This document shows positions 39,403 through 50,507 of a DNA stretch of 64,000 nt, one piece after another. A model generated the notes under the pieces. It did not search any database. It was not told the origin of the DNA and saw nothing but the letters and a program-made list of their open reading frames with translations. The DNA lies in assembly GCA_902616715.1 (NCBI GenBank), contig CACMTR010000003.1, forward strand, positions 16,302 to 80,301. The letters are read 5' to 3'. The translations under genes and the position numbers were made by a program. The stretch is from an uncultured SAR86 cluster bacterium. Lineage in GTDB: Bacteria; Pseudomonadota; Gammaproteobacteria; Magnimaribacterales; AG-339-G14. Numbering within the stretch: the stretch's first letter is position 1; each line of letters opens with the position of its first letter.

Positions 39403-41310
39403 ATGTCACAATTTTTAAGAAACACTTTCATCTGGCTATTCATTGCTGGAGCAACCTTCTTTGCATTACAAAATTTTAATCAAGGACCTTCGTCCGAGAA
39501 TATGACTTATTCCGAGTTTGTTTCTCTTGTCAATAAAGATCAAATTGCTAGTGTGTCATTTCAAGGTGACGGATATACAATCAATGGTTTTAAAGATGAC
39601 GGGACGCCGTTTACAACGACTAGGCCAATATATGTTCAAGACAATCAACTTATGGATGACTTGTTTGAGCATCAAGTAGAAGTTTTCGGAGAAGAGCCTC
39701 AAACAGAAAGTATTTGGACTCAGTTGCTTGTAGCAAGCTTCCCAATTTTAATAATTCTAGCAATCTTCTTTTTTTTCATGCGTCAGATGCAAGGAGGTAT
39801 GGGCGGTAGAGGCGGTCCAATGAGCTTTGGTAAAAGCAAAGCCAAAATGCTCGAAGGCGGAAAGGTCAAAACAACTTTTAAAGATGTTGCAGGTGTTGAG
39901 GAAGCCAAGGAAGAAGTACAGGAGCTTGTCGATTTTCTTAGAGATCCTTCAAAATTTCAAAGGCTGGGCGGAAAAATACCAAGAGGTATTTTAATGAGTG
40001 GCTCTCCTGGAACTGGTAAAACACTACTAGCAAGAGCGATAGCAGGTGAAGCTCAAGTTCCATTCTTTTCAATATCGGGATCAGATTTTGTTGAAATGTT
40101 TGTTGGTGTTGGAGCCTCAAGAGTTAGAGATATGTTTGACCAAGCCAAAAGACAAGCACCTTGTATAGTCTTTATTGATGAAATTGATGCAGTTGGTAGG
40201 CACAGAGGAGCAGGCCTTGGCGGCGGTCATGATGAAAGAGAGCAAACTTTGAATCAGCTATTAGTCGAAATGGACGGTTTTGAGGCAAACGAAGGTATCA
40301 TAATTATTGCAGCAACTAACAGACCAGATGTTTTAGATCCAGCTCTTTTAAGGCCTGGTCGATTTGATAGACAAGTTGTTGTTCCTTTACCAGACATAAA
40401 AGGCCGTGAGCAAATTTTAAAAGTTCATTGTAGAAATGTTCCCATTTCTGAGGACGTAGAATTATCTTTTATCGCAAGAGGTACTCCAGGCTTTTCTGGA
40501 GCAGATTTAGCAAACTTAGTAAATGAAGCAGCACTTTTCTCAGCAAGATCTGGAAAGAAAAAAATCTCGATGAATGAATTGGAGTTAGCCAAAGATAAAG
40601 TAATGATGGGTGCTGAGAGAAAATCAATGGTTATGAGTCTTGAGGAAAAAACTAGAACGGCTTACCATGAAGCTGGACATGCAATCGTTGGAAGAGAATT
40701 AAAAGAGCATGACCCGGTATACAAAGTCACTATTATCCCTAGAGGAAGAGCCTTGGGAGTAACAGTTTTTCTTCCTGAGGAAGACAGATACAGTCTTAGC
40801 AGGCAAGGCATTTTAGATAGAATTTGTGGTCTTTTCGGCGGAAGAATTGCAGAAGAACTAATTTACGGAGCAGAAGGCGTAACTACTGGAGCTTCTAATG
40901 ATATAGAAAGAGCCACTGAACTTGCCCGAAACATGGTGACTAAATGGGGATTATCTGAAAAGTTAGGTCCTATGAGATACGAAGAAGAAAATGACGAACC
41001 ATTTTTAGGTAGATCCGCTTCTAGCGCTTCCACAGTTTTCTCAGATCAAACTGCAAAACTTATAGATGAAGAATCAAAGAAAATTATCGATAAATGTTAT
41101 AAAACGGCTACTGATCTTTTGAATAAAAATATTGAAAAACTTCATGCTATGGCTAAAGCATTAGTTGAATTTGAAACACTTAATACAGATCAAATTGATG
41201 ACATTATGGCAGGAGCGAAACCAAGATCAGGAGAATCCGACGATTCAGGGACTAAAACAACTAGAAAGAAATCTAATCCATCCATCTCAGATCCTGCTAA
41301 TCAAACGTAG
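39403..41310 (+). CDS. ftsH: ATP-dependent zinc metalloprotease FtsH
   Basis: 635 aa. Two N-terminal TM helices, Walker [14 protein letters not shown], the SRH, and HEAGHA zinc site. Confidence 0.97.
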   Translation: MSQFLRNTFIWLFIAGATFFALQNFNQGPSSENMTYSEFVSLVNKDQIASVSFQGDGYTINGFKDDGTPFTTTRPIYVQDNQLMDDLFEHQVEVFGEEPQTESIWTQLLVASFPILIILAIFFFFMRQMQGGMGGRGGPMSFGKSKAKMLEGGKVKTTFKDVAGVEEAKEEVQELVDFLRDPSKFQRLGGKIPRGILMSGSPGTGKTLLARAIAGEAQVPFFSISGSDFVEMFVGVGASRVRDMFDQAKRQAPCIVFIDEIDAVGRHRGAGLGGGHDEREQTLNQLLVEMDGFEANEGIIIIAATNRPDVLDPALLRPGRFDRQVVVPLPDIKGREQILKVHCRNVPISEDVELSFIARGTPGFSGADLANLVNEAALFSARSGKKKISMNELELAKDKVMMGAERKSMVMSLEEKTRTAYHEAGHAIVGRELKEHDPVYKVTIIPRGRALGVTVFLPEEDRYSLSRQGILDRICGLFGGRIAEELIYGAEGVTTGASNDIERATELARNMVTKWGLSEKLGPMRYEEENDEPFLGRSASSASTVFSDQTAKLIDEESKKIIDKCYKTATDLLNKNIEKLHAMAKALVEFETLNTDQIDDIMAGAKPRSGESDDSGTKTTRKKSNPSISDPANQT

Positions 41311-41316
41311 GCTTTA

Positions 41317-42120
41317 ATGTTTTTTAAAGGTAAGGAGCTTATCTTTAATAAGCCCCTTATCATGGGAGTAATGAATCTTACTCCTGACTCCTTTTCTGAC
41401 GGAGGAAAATTTTTTAAGAAAAACTCTAAGACCGAGCTAGATTTAAACAAAATTTCCTTCGAGCTTGATTACCTAGAGAAAAATGGAGCCTCTTTTATTG
41501 ATATAGGAGCAGAATCTACAAGGCCAGGGCATACCGAAATTTCTGTTCAAGAAGAGTTAGATAGGTTGATGCCGGCACTCGAGTTAGTGGCAAAATCAAA
41601 TTGTATAATTTCAATTGATTCTAGAAAACCAGAAATAATCAAAGAAGTCTTAAATTATCCAATCGGACTAATTAATGACGTCAGCGCGTTAGATTCTTTA
41701 GAATCAAAAAAACTAATCAGAGATCACAATATACCAGTATGCATTATGCACAATACTAGAAATAAACTAGCTTCTATTGAAGAGGATGTTCATAATTTTT
41801 TTAACGAAAAGATTATTGAATTGACATCATTTGGGATCCCGAAAAAAAATATTATTTTAGATCCTGGATTTGGATACGATAAATCTGTGGAAGATAATAA
41901 AAAACTACTTTTCGAAGTTGATTACTCTAGTTACGACAATAAATTGCTAATAGGACTTTCTAGGAAAGGATTTTTAAATAAAATAATTCAAAATTCAAAA
42001 TTAAAGGATTTAGACGAAAAATCTACCTTTGCTAGTATAATTGCTTCTAAACGAGGAGCGAACATTTTAAGAGTCCATAATGTTTCCATGTTGTTTTCGA
42101 AACTAAATGAATCAAAATAA
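41317..42120 (+). CDS. folP: dihydropteroate synthase
   Basis: 267 aa. IMGVMNLTPDSFSDGG and DIGAESTRPG motifs. ftsH-folP-glmM context. Confidence 0.9.
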   Translation: MFFKGKELIFNKPLIMGVMNLTPDSFSDGGKFFKKNSKTELDLNKISFELDYLEKNGASFIDIGAESTRPGHTEISVQEELDRLMPALELVAKSNCIISIDSRKPEIIKEVLNYPIGLINDVSALDSLESKKLIRDHNIPVCIMHNTRNKLASIEEDVHNFFNEKIIELTSFGIPKKNIILDPGFGYDKSVEDNKKLLFEVDYSSYDNKLLIGLSRKGFLNKIIQNSKLKDLDEKSTFASIIASKRGANILRVHNVSMLFSKLNESK

Positions 42121-43469
42121 TGTTAAAAAAAATCAAGAATAAATACTTTGGAACTGATGGTGTCAGAGGGCCTATAAACCAAAACACTAACCCCGAATTT
42201 GTATTAAAACTGGGTTGGGCAGCAGGAAAAGTATTTTCGGAGCAAGGTATAAAGTCTGTAATTATTGGAAAAGATACAAGAATTTCGGGTTATTTATTAG
42301 AAACTGCCATTCAATCTGGATTTATATCAGCAGGAATTAATGTCAAATTAGTCGGTCCCTTGCCTACTCCTGCAGTAGCTTACTTGGCAAATAGTTTTAA
42401 AAATACTGCTGGTGTAGTAATTAGTGCTTCTCATAACAATTATAAAGACAATGGAATAAAATTTTTTGACGATAAAGGAAAAAAATTAAGTCCCGAATTA
42501 GAATTTCAAATAGAAAGATTAGTAGAAAAAAAAATTGATGTCGTAAGTGTTGAGAGTTTAGGAAAAGCCTCGAGAATATCAGATGCTGGCGGAAGGTATG
42601 TCGAGTTCTGTAAAAAATCTTTAGTCAAAAATGAAGATTTTTCTGGTTTAAAACTAGTTTTAGATGTGGCAAACGGAGCAGCTTATGATGTGGCGCCAAA
42701 AGTTTTTAGAGAATTAGGTGCTAATTTAACGGTTATAGCAAATAAACCCGATGGATTAAATATAAATAAAAACTGTGGCTCAACAGACATAGAGTTGTTG
42801 AAGAAAGCCGTTGCTAAATATGAAGCTGATTTTGGATTAGCTTTGGATGGCGATGGAGATAGATTAATTTTCGTCGGAAAAGATTTAAATGAAATTGATG
42901 GGGATCAAATTCTGTATCTGCTTGCGAAGGAAAAGTTCCAGCATAATATTTATTTAGGAACCAAAGGTGTGGTTGGCACAACCATGAGTAATCAAGGGCT
43001 CGTCGATGCTCTAAATGATTTAGATATTGAGCTAGTAAGGTCAGATGTAGGCGATAGAAATGTATTTGAAAAGCTTGAGGAATTAGGTTGGGAGTTGGGC
43101 GGAGAGCAATCAGGGCATATTATTTGTTTAGACTCTGCAATAACTGGAGATGCGATAATATCGTCAATTAAATTTCTTGACGCAATAGACTTTTCTTTCA
43201 AAAAATTTGAAGAAAAAATTAAAGGTTTTAAAAAATATCCTCAGATTCTAAGAAATATAAAGACCAAGAATCCAGATAAGATTTTAAAAAACAAAAAATT
43301 TAATGATCTTAAAAAGAGATGCGAGAACGAAATAAAACTCAATGGAAGGATTAATGTAAGGAAATCCGGCACCGAGAGCTTAGTAAGGATAATGGTCGAA
43401 AGCAACGACGCCTTAATCACCCAGTCAATTTCAGATAAGTTAGAAAATTTAGCAAAGAACTTGTCATGA
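42120..43469 (+). CDS. glmM: phosphoglucosamine mutase
   Basis: 449 aa. YFGTDGVRG, the active-site ISASHNNYKDNGIKF, and DGDGDR. Confidence 0.95.
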   Translation: MLKKIKNKYFGTDGVRGPINQNTNPEFVLKLGWAAGKVFSEQGIKSVIIGKDTRISGYLLETAIQSGFISAGINVKLVGPLPTPAVAYLANSFKNTAGVVISASHNNYKDNGIKFFDDKGKKLSPELEFQIERLVEKKIDVVSVESLGKASRISDAGGRYVEFCKKSLVKNEDFSGLKLVLDVANGAAYDVAPKVFRELGANLTVIANKPDGLNINKNCGSTDIELLKKAVAKYEADFGLALDGDGDRLIFVGKDLNEIDGDQILYLLAKEKFQHNIYLGTKGVVGTTMSNQGLVDALNDLDIELVRSDVGDRNVFEKLEELGWELGGEQSGHIICLDSAITGDAIISSIKFLDAIDFSFKKFEEKIKGFKKYPQILRNIKTKNPDKILKNKKFNDLKKRCENEIKLNGRINVRKSGTESLVRIMVESNDALITQSISDKLENLAKNLS

Positions 43470-44200
43470 AATACCTTGTTGCTAATTGGAAAATGAATCT
43501 AATTAATTCCAAAAATTGGATTTGTGATTTTAATAACAATCTTAACGATTCTAACCTAAATGATGACCTCAGAATTGTGATTTGTCCAAATTATCTCCAA
43601 TTACCAAAATTTAACCAAAATCATTTATCAAAAATAAACTTTAGTATGGGAGCGCAAAATGTTTCTGGAAATAATTCGGGAGCTTTTACTGGAGAAATCT
43701 CCGCAGAACATCTATCCGAATTTTCAGAAGTGAGATATTGCATTGTAGGACATTCTGAAAGAAGGTCTGCAGGTGAAACGGATGCAATGATTAAAGCAAA
43801 AGTTAAACAATTATTAACAAAAAATATTACTCCAATTATTTGTTTTGGTGAAAGTCATGAAATTCAAGAAAAAGGTGAGACAGAAAAATTCCTCAATTCA
43901 CAGTTGAATTCGATTGTAAATGATGAAAATCTAAATATTGATTCTTGCATTTTGGCTTATGAACCTTTGTGGGCAATTGGAAAGGGCATCCCTGCTGATC
44001 TTGAAACAATAAACAACTCTATTTCATACATAACAAAAATAATTGATTTAAATAAATCAAATCTAAAAATCCTATATGGCGGAAGTGTTGATAGCGAAAA
44101 TTCAGGTGAAATTTTATCAGTAGATAATGTTTCAGGCTTATTAGTTGGAAATTCTTCGCTAGATGGAAAAGAATTTGCTAATATCGCCAAAAAATTTTAA
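43466..44200 (+). CDS. tpiA: triosephosphate isomerase
   Basis: 244 aa. ANWKMN, GHSERR, and AYEPLWAIGKG. ATGA overlap with glmM. Confidence 0.92.
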   Translation: MKYLVANWKMNLINSKNWICDFNNNLNDSNLNDDLRIVICPNYLQLPKFNQNHLSKINFSMGAQNVSGNNSGAFTGEISAEHLSEFSEVRYCIVGHSERRSAGETDAMIKAKVKQLLTKNITPIICFGESHEIQEKGETEKFLNSQLNSIVNDENLNIDSCILAYEPLWAIGKGIPADLETINNSISYITKIIDLNKSNLKILYGGSVDSENSGEILSVDNVSGLLVGNSSLDGKEFANIAKKF

Positions 44201-44523
44201 TGATGCTTACTTTTTTAATTGGGTTACAGATTTTTCTAGCAATTTTACTTGTTGTAATTATATTGCTACAAAATGGAAAGGGAGCAGATATTGGTTCTGC
44301 ATTTGGAAGCGGAAATAATAATGGAATGTTAGGACCAATAGAGTCAGGTACCGTTCTTACTACAATTACGTGGGTATTAGTTTTTCTTTTTTTCATTAAT
44401 ACTCTAGGCATATCTGTCTATCAAAAAATAAATCTTGATACAGAGTTAGAAATTTTTTCTGAGCCATTAGATGTGACTGAAGAATCAGATAAAATTTTAG
44501 AAATTGACGATTTACCTGATTAA
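44200..44523 (+). CDS. secG: preprotein translocase subunit SecG
   Basis: 107 aa. LLQNGKGADIGSAFG motif and two TM helices. Followed by tRNA-Leu(GAG), as with E. coli secG-leuU. Confidence 0.85.
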   Translation: MMLTFLIGLQIFLAILLVVIILLQNGKGADIGSAFGSGNNNGMLGPIESGTVLTTITWVLVFLFFINTLGISVYQKINLDTELEIFSEPLDVTEESDKILEIDDLPD

Positions 44524-44527
44524 AATT

Positions 44528-44614
44528 GCCGAAGTGGTGGAACTGGTAGACACGCTATCTTGAGGGGGTAGTGAGCAATAGCTCGTGGAGGTTCAAATCC
44601 TCTCTTCGGCACCA
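44528..44614 (+). tRNA. leuU: tRNA-Leu (anticodon GAG)
   Basis: 87 nt. Near-identical in layout to E. coli leuU: acceptor GCCGAAG/CTTCGGC, anticodon stem CTATC/GGTAG, loop TTGAGGG, long variable arm, T-loop GGTTCAAATCC, encoded CCA. Starts 4 nt after the secG stop. Confidence 0.93.
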
Positions 44615-44620
44615 ATTTAC

Positions 44621-44649
44621 TTGACCAAATTTGATGTAAATCCTATACT
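44621..44649 (+). promoter_or_regulatory. sigma70-type promoter for the tRNA-fMet-rimP-nusA-infB operon
   Basis: -35 TTGACC (44621-44626), a 17-nt spacer, and -10 TATACT (44644-44649). The predicted start is near 44656, a few nt before the tRNA 5' end (44662). Mirrors the E. coli metY promoter position. Confidence 0.5.
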
Positions 44650-44661
44650 CCTGCGACTTAT

Positions 44662-44737
<76 letters not shown>

Positions 44738-44738
<1 letters not shown>

Positions 44739-44762
44739 AATAGGCCCTTTATGGGCCTATTT
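44738..44762 (+). terminator. hairpin after tRNA-fMet (candidate partial terminator or processing signal)
   Basis: AAATAGGCCC-tttat-GGGCCTATTT, a 10-bp stem with a GC core, followed by an AT-rich run with only a short T run. This is the only GC-cored intergenic hairpin I found in the window. E. coli has a leaky terminator at the same place. Confidence 0.45.
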
Positions 44763-44773
44763 AATATAATATT

Positions 44774-45235
44774 ATGGATATTAAGGAAAAGATAAAATCG
44801 TTGTTAGAAGACGATATTAGTGATCTAGGATATATAGTCTGGGGGTTAGAAGTATCTGGAAATTCTTCATCTAAGTTATTAAGACTTTTTATAGATAAAA
44901 CTATTGGAAGTATTGATTTAGTAGATTGTGAAAAGGTGAGTAACCAAGTTATGGAAATCTTAAGTAATGTAGATTTTATAGATTTTAAATATCGATTAGA
45001 GGTTTCATCTCCTGGAATAGACAGAACATTCTTTGGTTTTGAACAGCACAAAGAGTTTATAGGTGATTTAATAGAAATTAAGTTTAGAAATGAAAATAAA
45101 AATAAGACTATTAGGGGAGAGTTAATTAAATTTGATAAAGATTTTTTACAAGTAAAATTAGAAAATGATAATCATGAAGAAATTAAAGCCTCAAATTATT
45201 TATCTTCAAAATTAATTTATCGGGAGTCTATTTAG
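44774..45235 (+). CDS. rimP: ribosome maturation factor RimP
   Basis: 153 aa. LRLFID...DC..VS motif and LEVSSPGIDR. Immediately upstream of nusA. Confidence 0.88.
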   Translation: MDIKEKIKSLLEDDISDLGYIVWGLEVSGNSSSKLLRLFIDKTIGSIDLVDCEKVSNQVMEILSNVDFIDFKYRLEVSSPGIDRTFFGFEQHKEFIGDLIEIKFRNENKNKTIRGELIKFDKDFLQVKLENDNHEEIKASNYLSSKLIYRESI

Positions 45236-45236
45236 A

Positions 45237-46700
45237 ATGAATGAAGAAATTTTAATGGTCGCAGAGTCTGTTTCAAATGAGAAAGATCTACCAAAAGACA
45301 CGATTTTTGAAGCAATAGAACTTGCTCTTGCTAGCGCCGCAAAAAAAAGATACGAAAGCGATGTCGATATAAAAGTCTTTATAGATAGAGATACAGGTGA
45401 TTTTGAAACTTTTAGGTGTTGGACCGCAGTTGATTTTGAGGATTATGAAAACTCAGATATTCACATACTAGCCGATAGCGATTTAGCAGATGAAAAAGGA
45501 TTGAAAGAAGGCGACGTGGATAAAGAACAAATAGAAAATGCTGAATTTGGAAGAATAGCGGCACAAGCTGCAAAACAGGTGATTGTGCAAAAGGTTAGAG
45601 ATGCTGAGCGACTTGAAATTATAAAAAAATTCAGACCCTATATTGATACTCTTGTAAATGGAACTGTAAAAAAAGTTACTCGAGAATTTATAATTGTTGA
45701 TTTGGGAGATAATGCGGAAGCATCTTTATCACGAAGAGATTTAGTCCAAGGAGAGATTTATAGAATAGGTGATCGTATTAAAGGAATTTTAGGCGAGACA
45801 GTTAGAGAAAATAGAGGATCTCAACTTATTTTAAGCAGAAGCGCGAATGAGATGGTTGTGGAATTATTTAAATTAGAAGTTCCTGAGATCGCAGAAGAAG
45901 TAATACAAATTAGGGCTGTGGCAAGAGATGCTGGGGCGAGAACTAAAATAGCTGTCAAAACAAATGACGTAAGAATAGATCCTGTTGGAGCATGTGTTGG
46001 GATGAGAGGCTCAAGGGTTCAAGCGGTTTCTAATGAACTTGGTAGTGAACGAATTGACATCGTAGTTTGGGAAGATGACCCTGCAAAACTTTTGATCAAT
46101 ACTTTATCTCCAGCAGAGGTAACTTCGATAATTCTTGACGAGGAAAATAGAGCCATGGAAGTAAAGGTAAAAGACGAAAATTTAGCTTTGGCTATTGGGA
46201 GGAATGGTCAAAATATTAGACTTGCATCAGAATTAATAGGCTGGCAAATTCAAATCGGAGGAGAAAACGACGATTTAAGTATCGACGACTCTCCTGAAAA
46301 TGTTTTGATCAAATTTATGGGCGTAGATAATGATTTAGCTGAAAAACTCATTGAAAACGGTTTTGACACTGTCCAGAAGATATCTGAATCCTCTAAAGAA
46401 GATCTGGAGCAAATTGAAGAAATTGATTCAGACATTTCAGAAGCACTACTCGAAAGGTCAGAAGCTGCTCTTTTAGAATTGGCTCTTTCTGATATAGAGA
46501 ACGAGGAATCTAAAGATAATAGTTTAGAAAGCATCGAGTTATTAAATGATGATCTAATTGAGAAATTAAAAAATAATAGTATAACTTCAAAAGAAGAGCT
46601 TGCTGATCTCGCTTCAGATGAATTGATGCCAATTCTGGAAATATCAGAAGACCAGGCAGGAGAAATAATAATGGCTGCGAGGGCAGATTGGTTTGATTAA
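45237..46700 (+). CDS. nusA: transcription termination/antitermination factor NusA
   Basis: 487 aa. S1 and KH domains (GACVGMRGSRVQAVSNEL, AIGRNGQNIRLAS) and an acidic C-terminal repeat region. Confidence 0.96.
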   Translation: MNEEILMVAESVSNEKDLPKDTIFEAIELALASAAKKRYESDVDIKVFIDRDTGDFETFRCWTAVDFEDYENSDIHILADSDLADEKGLKEGDVDKEQIENAEFGRIAAQAAKQVIVQKVRDAERLEIIKKFRPYIDTLVNGTVKKVTREFIIVDLGDNAEASLSRRDLVQGEIYRIGDRIKGILGETVRENRGSQLILSRSANEMVVELFKLEVPEIAEEVIQIRAVARDAGARTKIAVKTNDVRIDPVGACVGMRGSRVQAVSNELGSERIDIVVWEDDPAKLLINTLSPAEVTSIILDEENRAMEVKVKDENLALAIGRNGQNIRLASELIGWQIQIGGENDDLSIDDSPENVLIKFMGVDNDLAEKLIENGFDTVQKISESSKEDLEQIEEIDSDISEALLERSEAALLELALSDIENEESKDNSLESIELLNDDLIEKLKNNSITSKEELADLASDELMPILEISEDQAGEIIMAARADWFD

Positions 46701-46706
46701 AAATTT

Positions 46707-49022
46707 ATGAAAATAATTCAGGTTGCAAAGGCAATAGGTTACTCTCCAGAAGACCTTTTAAATCAGATTAAGGCTGCAGGCTTATCTCATAAAAATGTAG
46801 AGGATGAAATCTCTAATGAAGATAAAAAAATTCTTCTGAACTTTATCAAATCTTCAAAAAAATCTTCTAAAAAAACAATATCACTTAAAAAAACTTCAAA
46901 AGATACAAGCACTGGTAAGATATCTATTACTCGTCTTAATCAAAACAAAAAAAGTGATAATTCTGAAATTTCTAAGGATTTTTCCGGAACGATTGATTTT
47001 GACGATGCTGAGAAAAAAAGAGTTTCTGCTGAAAAATCTAACGAATTAAAAAGAAACCAAAGTGCTGATGAAAAAAATAAGAGCAATGTGGTTAGAAGAG
47101 TTAAAAAAACTGAATCTCCAAAAAAACAAATTAGACCCGCTGCCACAAAAAAAACATCTTTTGCTCAAGATGATAATAAAAAGCAAAAAAGAGAACTCGA
47201 AGGTGAAAAATATTTAGAAACTAAACTTTCTTCAAATGTTCAGAGCTTTGAAAAGCCTAGCGAATTTGTTCAAAAAGAAGTAAAGATTCCAGATTTTATA
47301 TCAGTGGCTAATTTGGCTAAATCTCTATCAATAAAATCTTCAGAGTTAATAAAATCTTTAATGAACAATGGTGTTATGGTCACTTTAAACCAAACTATTG
47401 ACCAAGAAACAGCTCTTTTGGTTATTGAAGAACTAGGGCATATTGGAATTCCAATTGTTGAAAATAAAGATGAGGAGAACTTAATTGAAAATCTTACATA
47501 TGAAGGTGATGAAGAGCCAAGAGATCCGGTAGTTTCTGTACTTGGGCATGTTGATCATGGGAAAACCTCAATTTTAGATTTCATAAGAAAATCTACAGTT
47601 GCTGATTCTGAGGAAGGTGGAATAACTCAAGGTATTGGAGCTTATCAAACCACACATGACAAAAAATTGATCACATTTATAGACACGCCAGGGCATGCAG
47701 CCTTTTCTCAAATGCGTGCCAGAGGTGCAAATTCAACTGATATAGTAATTTTAGTAGTTGCTGCTGACGATAGTGTTCAACCACAGACTCAAGAAGCTTA
47801 TGATCATGCAAAAGCAGCAGGAGTAGAAATTATTGTTGCCATTAATAAAGTGGATAAGCCTGAAGCAGATGTAGAAAAAGTTAAAAGCGATCTTTCGGCA
47901 ATTGGACTTACACCAGAAGATTGGGGAGGAGACACTCAAATGATTCCAGTTTCTGCTAATACAGGAGAAGGAATCTCAGATCTACTAGATAGCATTATTC
48001 TGGTTTCTGAGGTCTTAGAATTAAAAACTAATCACGAAGGCCCTGCTGCGGGAATTGTTCTTGAATCAGGAGTTAAAAAGGGAGAAGGAGCTGTTGCTAC
48101 TTTATTAGTAAAAAAAGGAACATTGAAAACTGGAGATCTGATACTTGTTGGAGATCAATACAGAAAAATTAGAAGTTTAAAAAACTTTTTAGAAGAAAGT
48201 ATTGAAAGCGCTCCTCCTTCACATCCTGTATTTATATCTGGTTTAGAATATTCTCCAAATGCTGGAGACGAATTTATTGTTGTTAAAGACGAAAAAGCTG
48301 CTAAAGCTCTTTCAGAGAACAGAGCAAAAAAAATAAGAGATAAAAGGCTGGCTCAAAGAAGTGGTGCTGCTAATGAAAATTTATTCGCTAATATTGCTGA
48401 CGGTGCTAAACCCGCAGTTAATTTAATTATTAAATCTGATACTAATGGTTCTCTCGAAGCGTTAGTTGGTGCGATCATAAATCTAAAAATAGAAGAGGTT
48501 AATATAAAAATTGTTTTAGATGCTGTTGGTCCAATTTCTGAAAACGACGTGAATTTAGCGATTGCTTCAGAAGCTTCAATTTTTGGATTCAATGTAAGAG
48601 CAGATTCGGCAGCAGGAAATCTAGCTGAGGAAGAGAGTATATCTATAAAGTACTTTGGAATAATTTATGATTTAATCGATGAAATAAAATCAACGATAGA
48701 AGGGTCTTTGAGTCCAGAAATCAAAGAAAGTATTAAAGGAATAGCACTAGTCAAAGATATCTTTAAATCACCAAAATTTGGAGCTGTAGCTGGCTCCATT
48801 GTAGAAGAAGGGACAATTTCGTCAAAAATGAATGTTAGAGTTCTCAGAGACAATATTGTAATTCATGAAGGAATTTTAGACTCATTGAGACGATTTAAAG
48901 ACGAAGCTAAAGAGGTTAAATCAGGAACAGAATGCGGAATAGGTATTTCTAATTATTCTGATATAAAAATTGGAGATAGAATAGAAGTTTTTGAAAGAGA
49001 AGAAATAAAGCGAAGATTATAA
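46707..49022 (+). CDS. infB: translation initiation factor IF-2
   Basis: 771 aa. Lys/Ser-rich N-terminal region and the GTPase motifs GHVDHGKTS, DTPGH, NKVD. Confidence 0.96.
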   Translation: MKIIQVAKAIGYSPEDLLNQIKAAGLSHKNVEDEISNEDKKILLNFIKSSKKSSKKTISLKKTSKDTSTGKISITRLNQNKKSDNSEISKDFSGTIDFDDAEKKRVSAEKSNELKRNQSADEKNKSNVVRRVKKTESPKKQIRPAATKKTSFAQDDNKKQKRELEGEKYLETKLSSNVQSFEKPSEFVQKEVKIPDFISVANLAKSLSIKSSELIKSLMNNGVMVTLNQTIDQETALLVIEELGHIGIPIVENKDEENLIENLTYEGDEEPRDPVVSVLGHVDHGKTSILDFIRKSTVADSEEGGITQGIGAYQTTHDKKLITFIDTPGHAAFSQMRARGANSTDIVILVVAADDSVQPQTQEAYDHAKAAGVEIIVAINKVDKPEADVEKVKSDLSAIGLTPEDWGGDTQMIPVSANTGEGISDLLDSIILVSEVLELKTNHEGPAAGIVLESGVKKGEGAVATLLVKKGTLKTGDLILVGDQYRKIRSLKNFLEESIESAPPSHPVFISGLEYSPNAGDEFIVVKDEKAAKALSENRAKKIRDKRLAQRSGAANENLFANIADGAKPAVNLIIKSDTNGSLEALVGAIINLKIEEVNIKIVLDAVGPISENDVNLAIASEASIFGFNVRADSAAGNLAEEESISIKYFGIIYDLIDEIKSTIEGSLSPEIKESIKGIALVKDIFKSPKFGAVAGSIVEEGTISSKMNVRVLRDNIVIHEGILDSLRRFKDEAKEVKSGTECGIGISNYSDIKIGDRIEVFEREEIKRRL

Positions 49023-49331
49023 TTGTTTAAATCTACCCCATTTAAAAGATCACAAAGAGTAAGCGATTTAATAAGAAAAGAAGTTGCTAATATATTTCTA
49101 TTTGAATTAAGAGATCCAAGGCTTAAAAATATAACTATAAGTAGAGTTGACATGAGCGACGATCTTTCGAATGCAACAATCTATTATTTTTCTAATTTTC
49201 TTGAAACAAATAAAAGTGAGATTAATAGAGTTTTATCCAATAGCAATGGGTTCATTAAATCAACGCTAGGAAAACGTTTAAGTCTTAAAAAGATACCAAA
49301 TTTGTTTTTTAAGGAAGAGATTGATGCTTAA
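49023..49331 (+). CDS. rbfA: ribosome-binding factor A
   Basis: 102 aa. RSQRVSDLIRKEVANI..ELRDPRL aligns with E. coli RbfA RPQRVAQEMQKEIALI..EIKDPRL. TTG start directly after the infB stop. Confidence 0.9.
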   Translation: MFKSTPFKRSQRVSDLIRKEVANIFLFELRDPRLKNITISRVDMSDDLSNATIYYFSNFLETNKSEINRVLSNSNGFIKSTLGKRLSLKKIPNLFFKEEIDA

Positions 49332-50214
49332 TGGAGCTTTAATACTCAACAAACCAAGTGGGATTTCGTCAGGAGTTTTTTCTCGAAAAGTAAAAAAACT
49401 ACTTAATCAAAAAGAAAAAGTTGGGCATGCAGGAACTTTAGATCCCTTAGCTGATGGAGTTCTTATAGTGTGCATCGGAGAAATGACAAAATTCATAAGT
49501 TATCTTACTGACGAAACTAAAACTTATATTGCGGAAATTACAATTGGAATTAAAACTACTACTGGAGACATAGAGGGAGATGTTGTAGATTCCACTAAAA
49601 ATTCACCTTCTAAAAAGGAATTTGAGAGAGAAATAAAAAACTTTGTGGGAGACATCAACCAAAAACCTCCAATTTTTTCTGCTTTAAAATATAAGGGAAA
49701 GCCTTATAGATACTATGCTAAAAAAGGTATTCAGATTCAAATTAAAGAAAGGAAAATAAGAATAGAAAATATACAAATTATTTCATTTAAAGAAAATAAA
49801 CTTAAACTTAAAGTAGATTGTGGGCCAGGAACATATATACGATCTTTAGCGGAAGATATTTGTGAAAATCTTGACACTTTAGGCTGTATTTCTAATCTGA
49901 CTAGAACTCAATCTGCAGGATTTCAAATAGAAAATAGTTTGAAATTGAGTGAAATAACTGAAGAGAATATAAATAAAAAAATTATCCCTCCAGGGGATGC
50001 ACTTAACGCTCTAGATAGGATACAATGCCGTCCAGAAATAGTAGAAAAAATAACTAATGGCCAAATGATAGAAATGGAAAGGGCCAGTAATAACGGATTC
50101 TTTAGACTTTTTGATAATGACGAAAATTTTTTGGGAATAGTTGAAAGTTATGGAGGGTTTTTGAAACCTAAAAGATTACTAGGTAATTTTAACAAAATTG
50201 GAGATAGCTCTTGA
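49324..50214 (+). CDS. truB: tRNA pseudouridine55 synthase
   Basis: [14 protein letters not shown] catalytic motif. ATG 49324 preferred over the TTG at 49321. Overlaps the rbfA 3' end by 8 nt. Confidence 0.93.
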   Translation: MLNGALILNKPSGISSGVFSRKVKKLLNQKEKVGHAGTLDPLADGVLIVCIGEMTKFISYLTDETKTYIAEITIGIKTTTGDIEGDVVDSTKNSPSKKEFEREIKNFVGDINQKPPIFSALKYKGKPYRYYAKKGIQIQIKERKIRIENIQIISFKENKLKLKVDCGPGTYIRSLAEDICENLDTLGCISNLTRTQSAGFQIENSLKLSEITEENINKKIIPPGDALNALDRIQCRPEIVEKITNGQMIEMERASNNGFFRLFDNDENFLGIVESYGGFLKPKRLLGNFNKIGDSS

Positions 50215-50480
50215 GCTTAAATTTAGAAAAAAAGAGTAAAGTCATCAAACAGTTTGCTAGATCTGAAACAGATACTGGCTCACCAGAAGTGCAAATTGCA
50301 CTTTTAACTGAAAATATTCTTGCTTTGCAAAGTCATTTCGAAGATCATCATAAAGATCATCACTCTCGTCAGGGACTGATAAGAATGGTTAACAAACGAA
50401 GAAAGCTCTTAGACTACCTAAAAAAGAAAGATAATTCTAAGTACAGTAAGATTCTAAAAGAGTTAAATCTCCGAAAATAA
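50211..50480 (+). CDS. rpsO: 30S ribosomal protein S15
   Basis: 89 aa. Collinear with E. coli S15 from residue 1 (MSL...[36 protein letters not shown]). The TTG start overlaps the truB stop (TTGA). Confidence 0.96.
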   Translation: MSLNLEKKSKVIKQFARSETDTGSPEVQIALLTENILALQSHFEDHHKDHHSRQGLIRMVNKRRKLLDYLKKKDNSKYSKILKELNLRK

Positions 50481-50507
50481 AAAAAGATTTAGACCACAAA
50501 AATTATT

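Noticed and set aside
44761-44790. An AT-rich sequence (TTAATATAATATTATGGATATT) that loosely resembles the XerD arm and centre of a dif site.
   Set aside because: The XerC-arm equivalent is absent and matches to the dif consensus are scattered. The location, inside the metY-rimP operon leader, is implausible for a terminus site.
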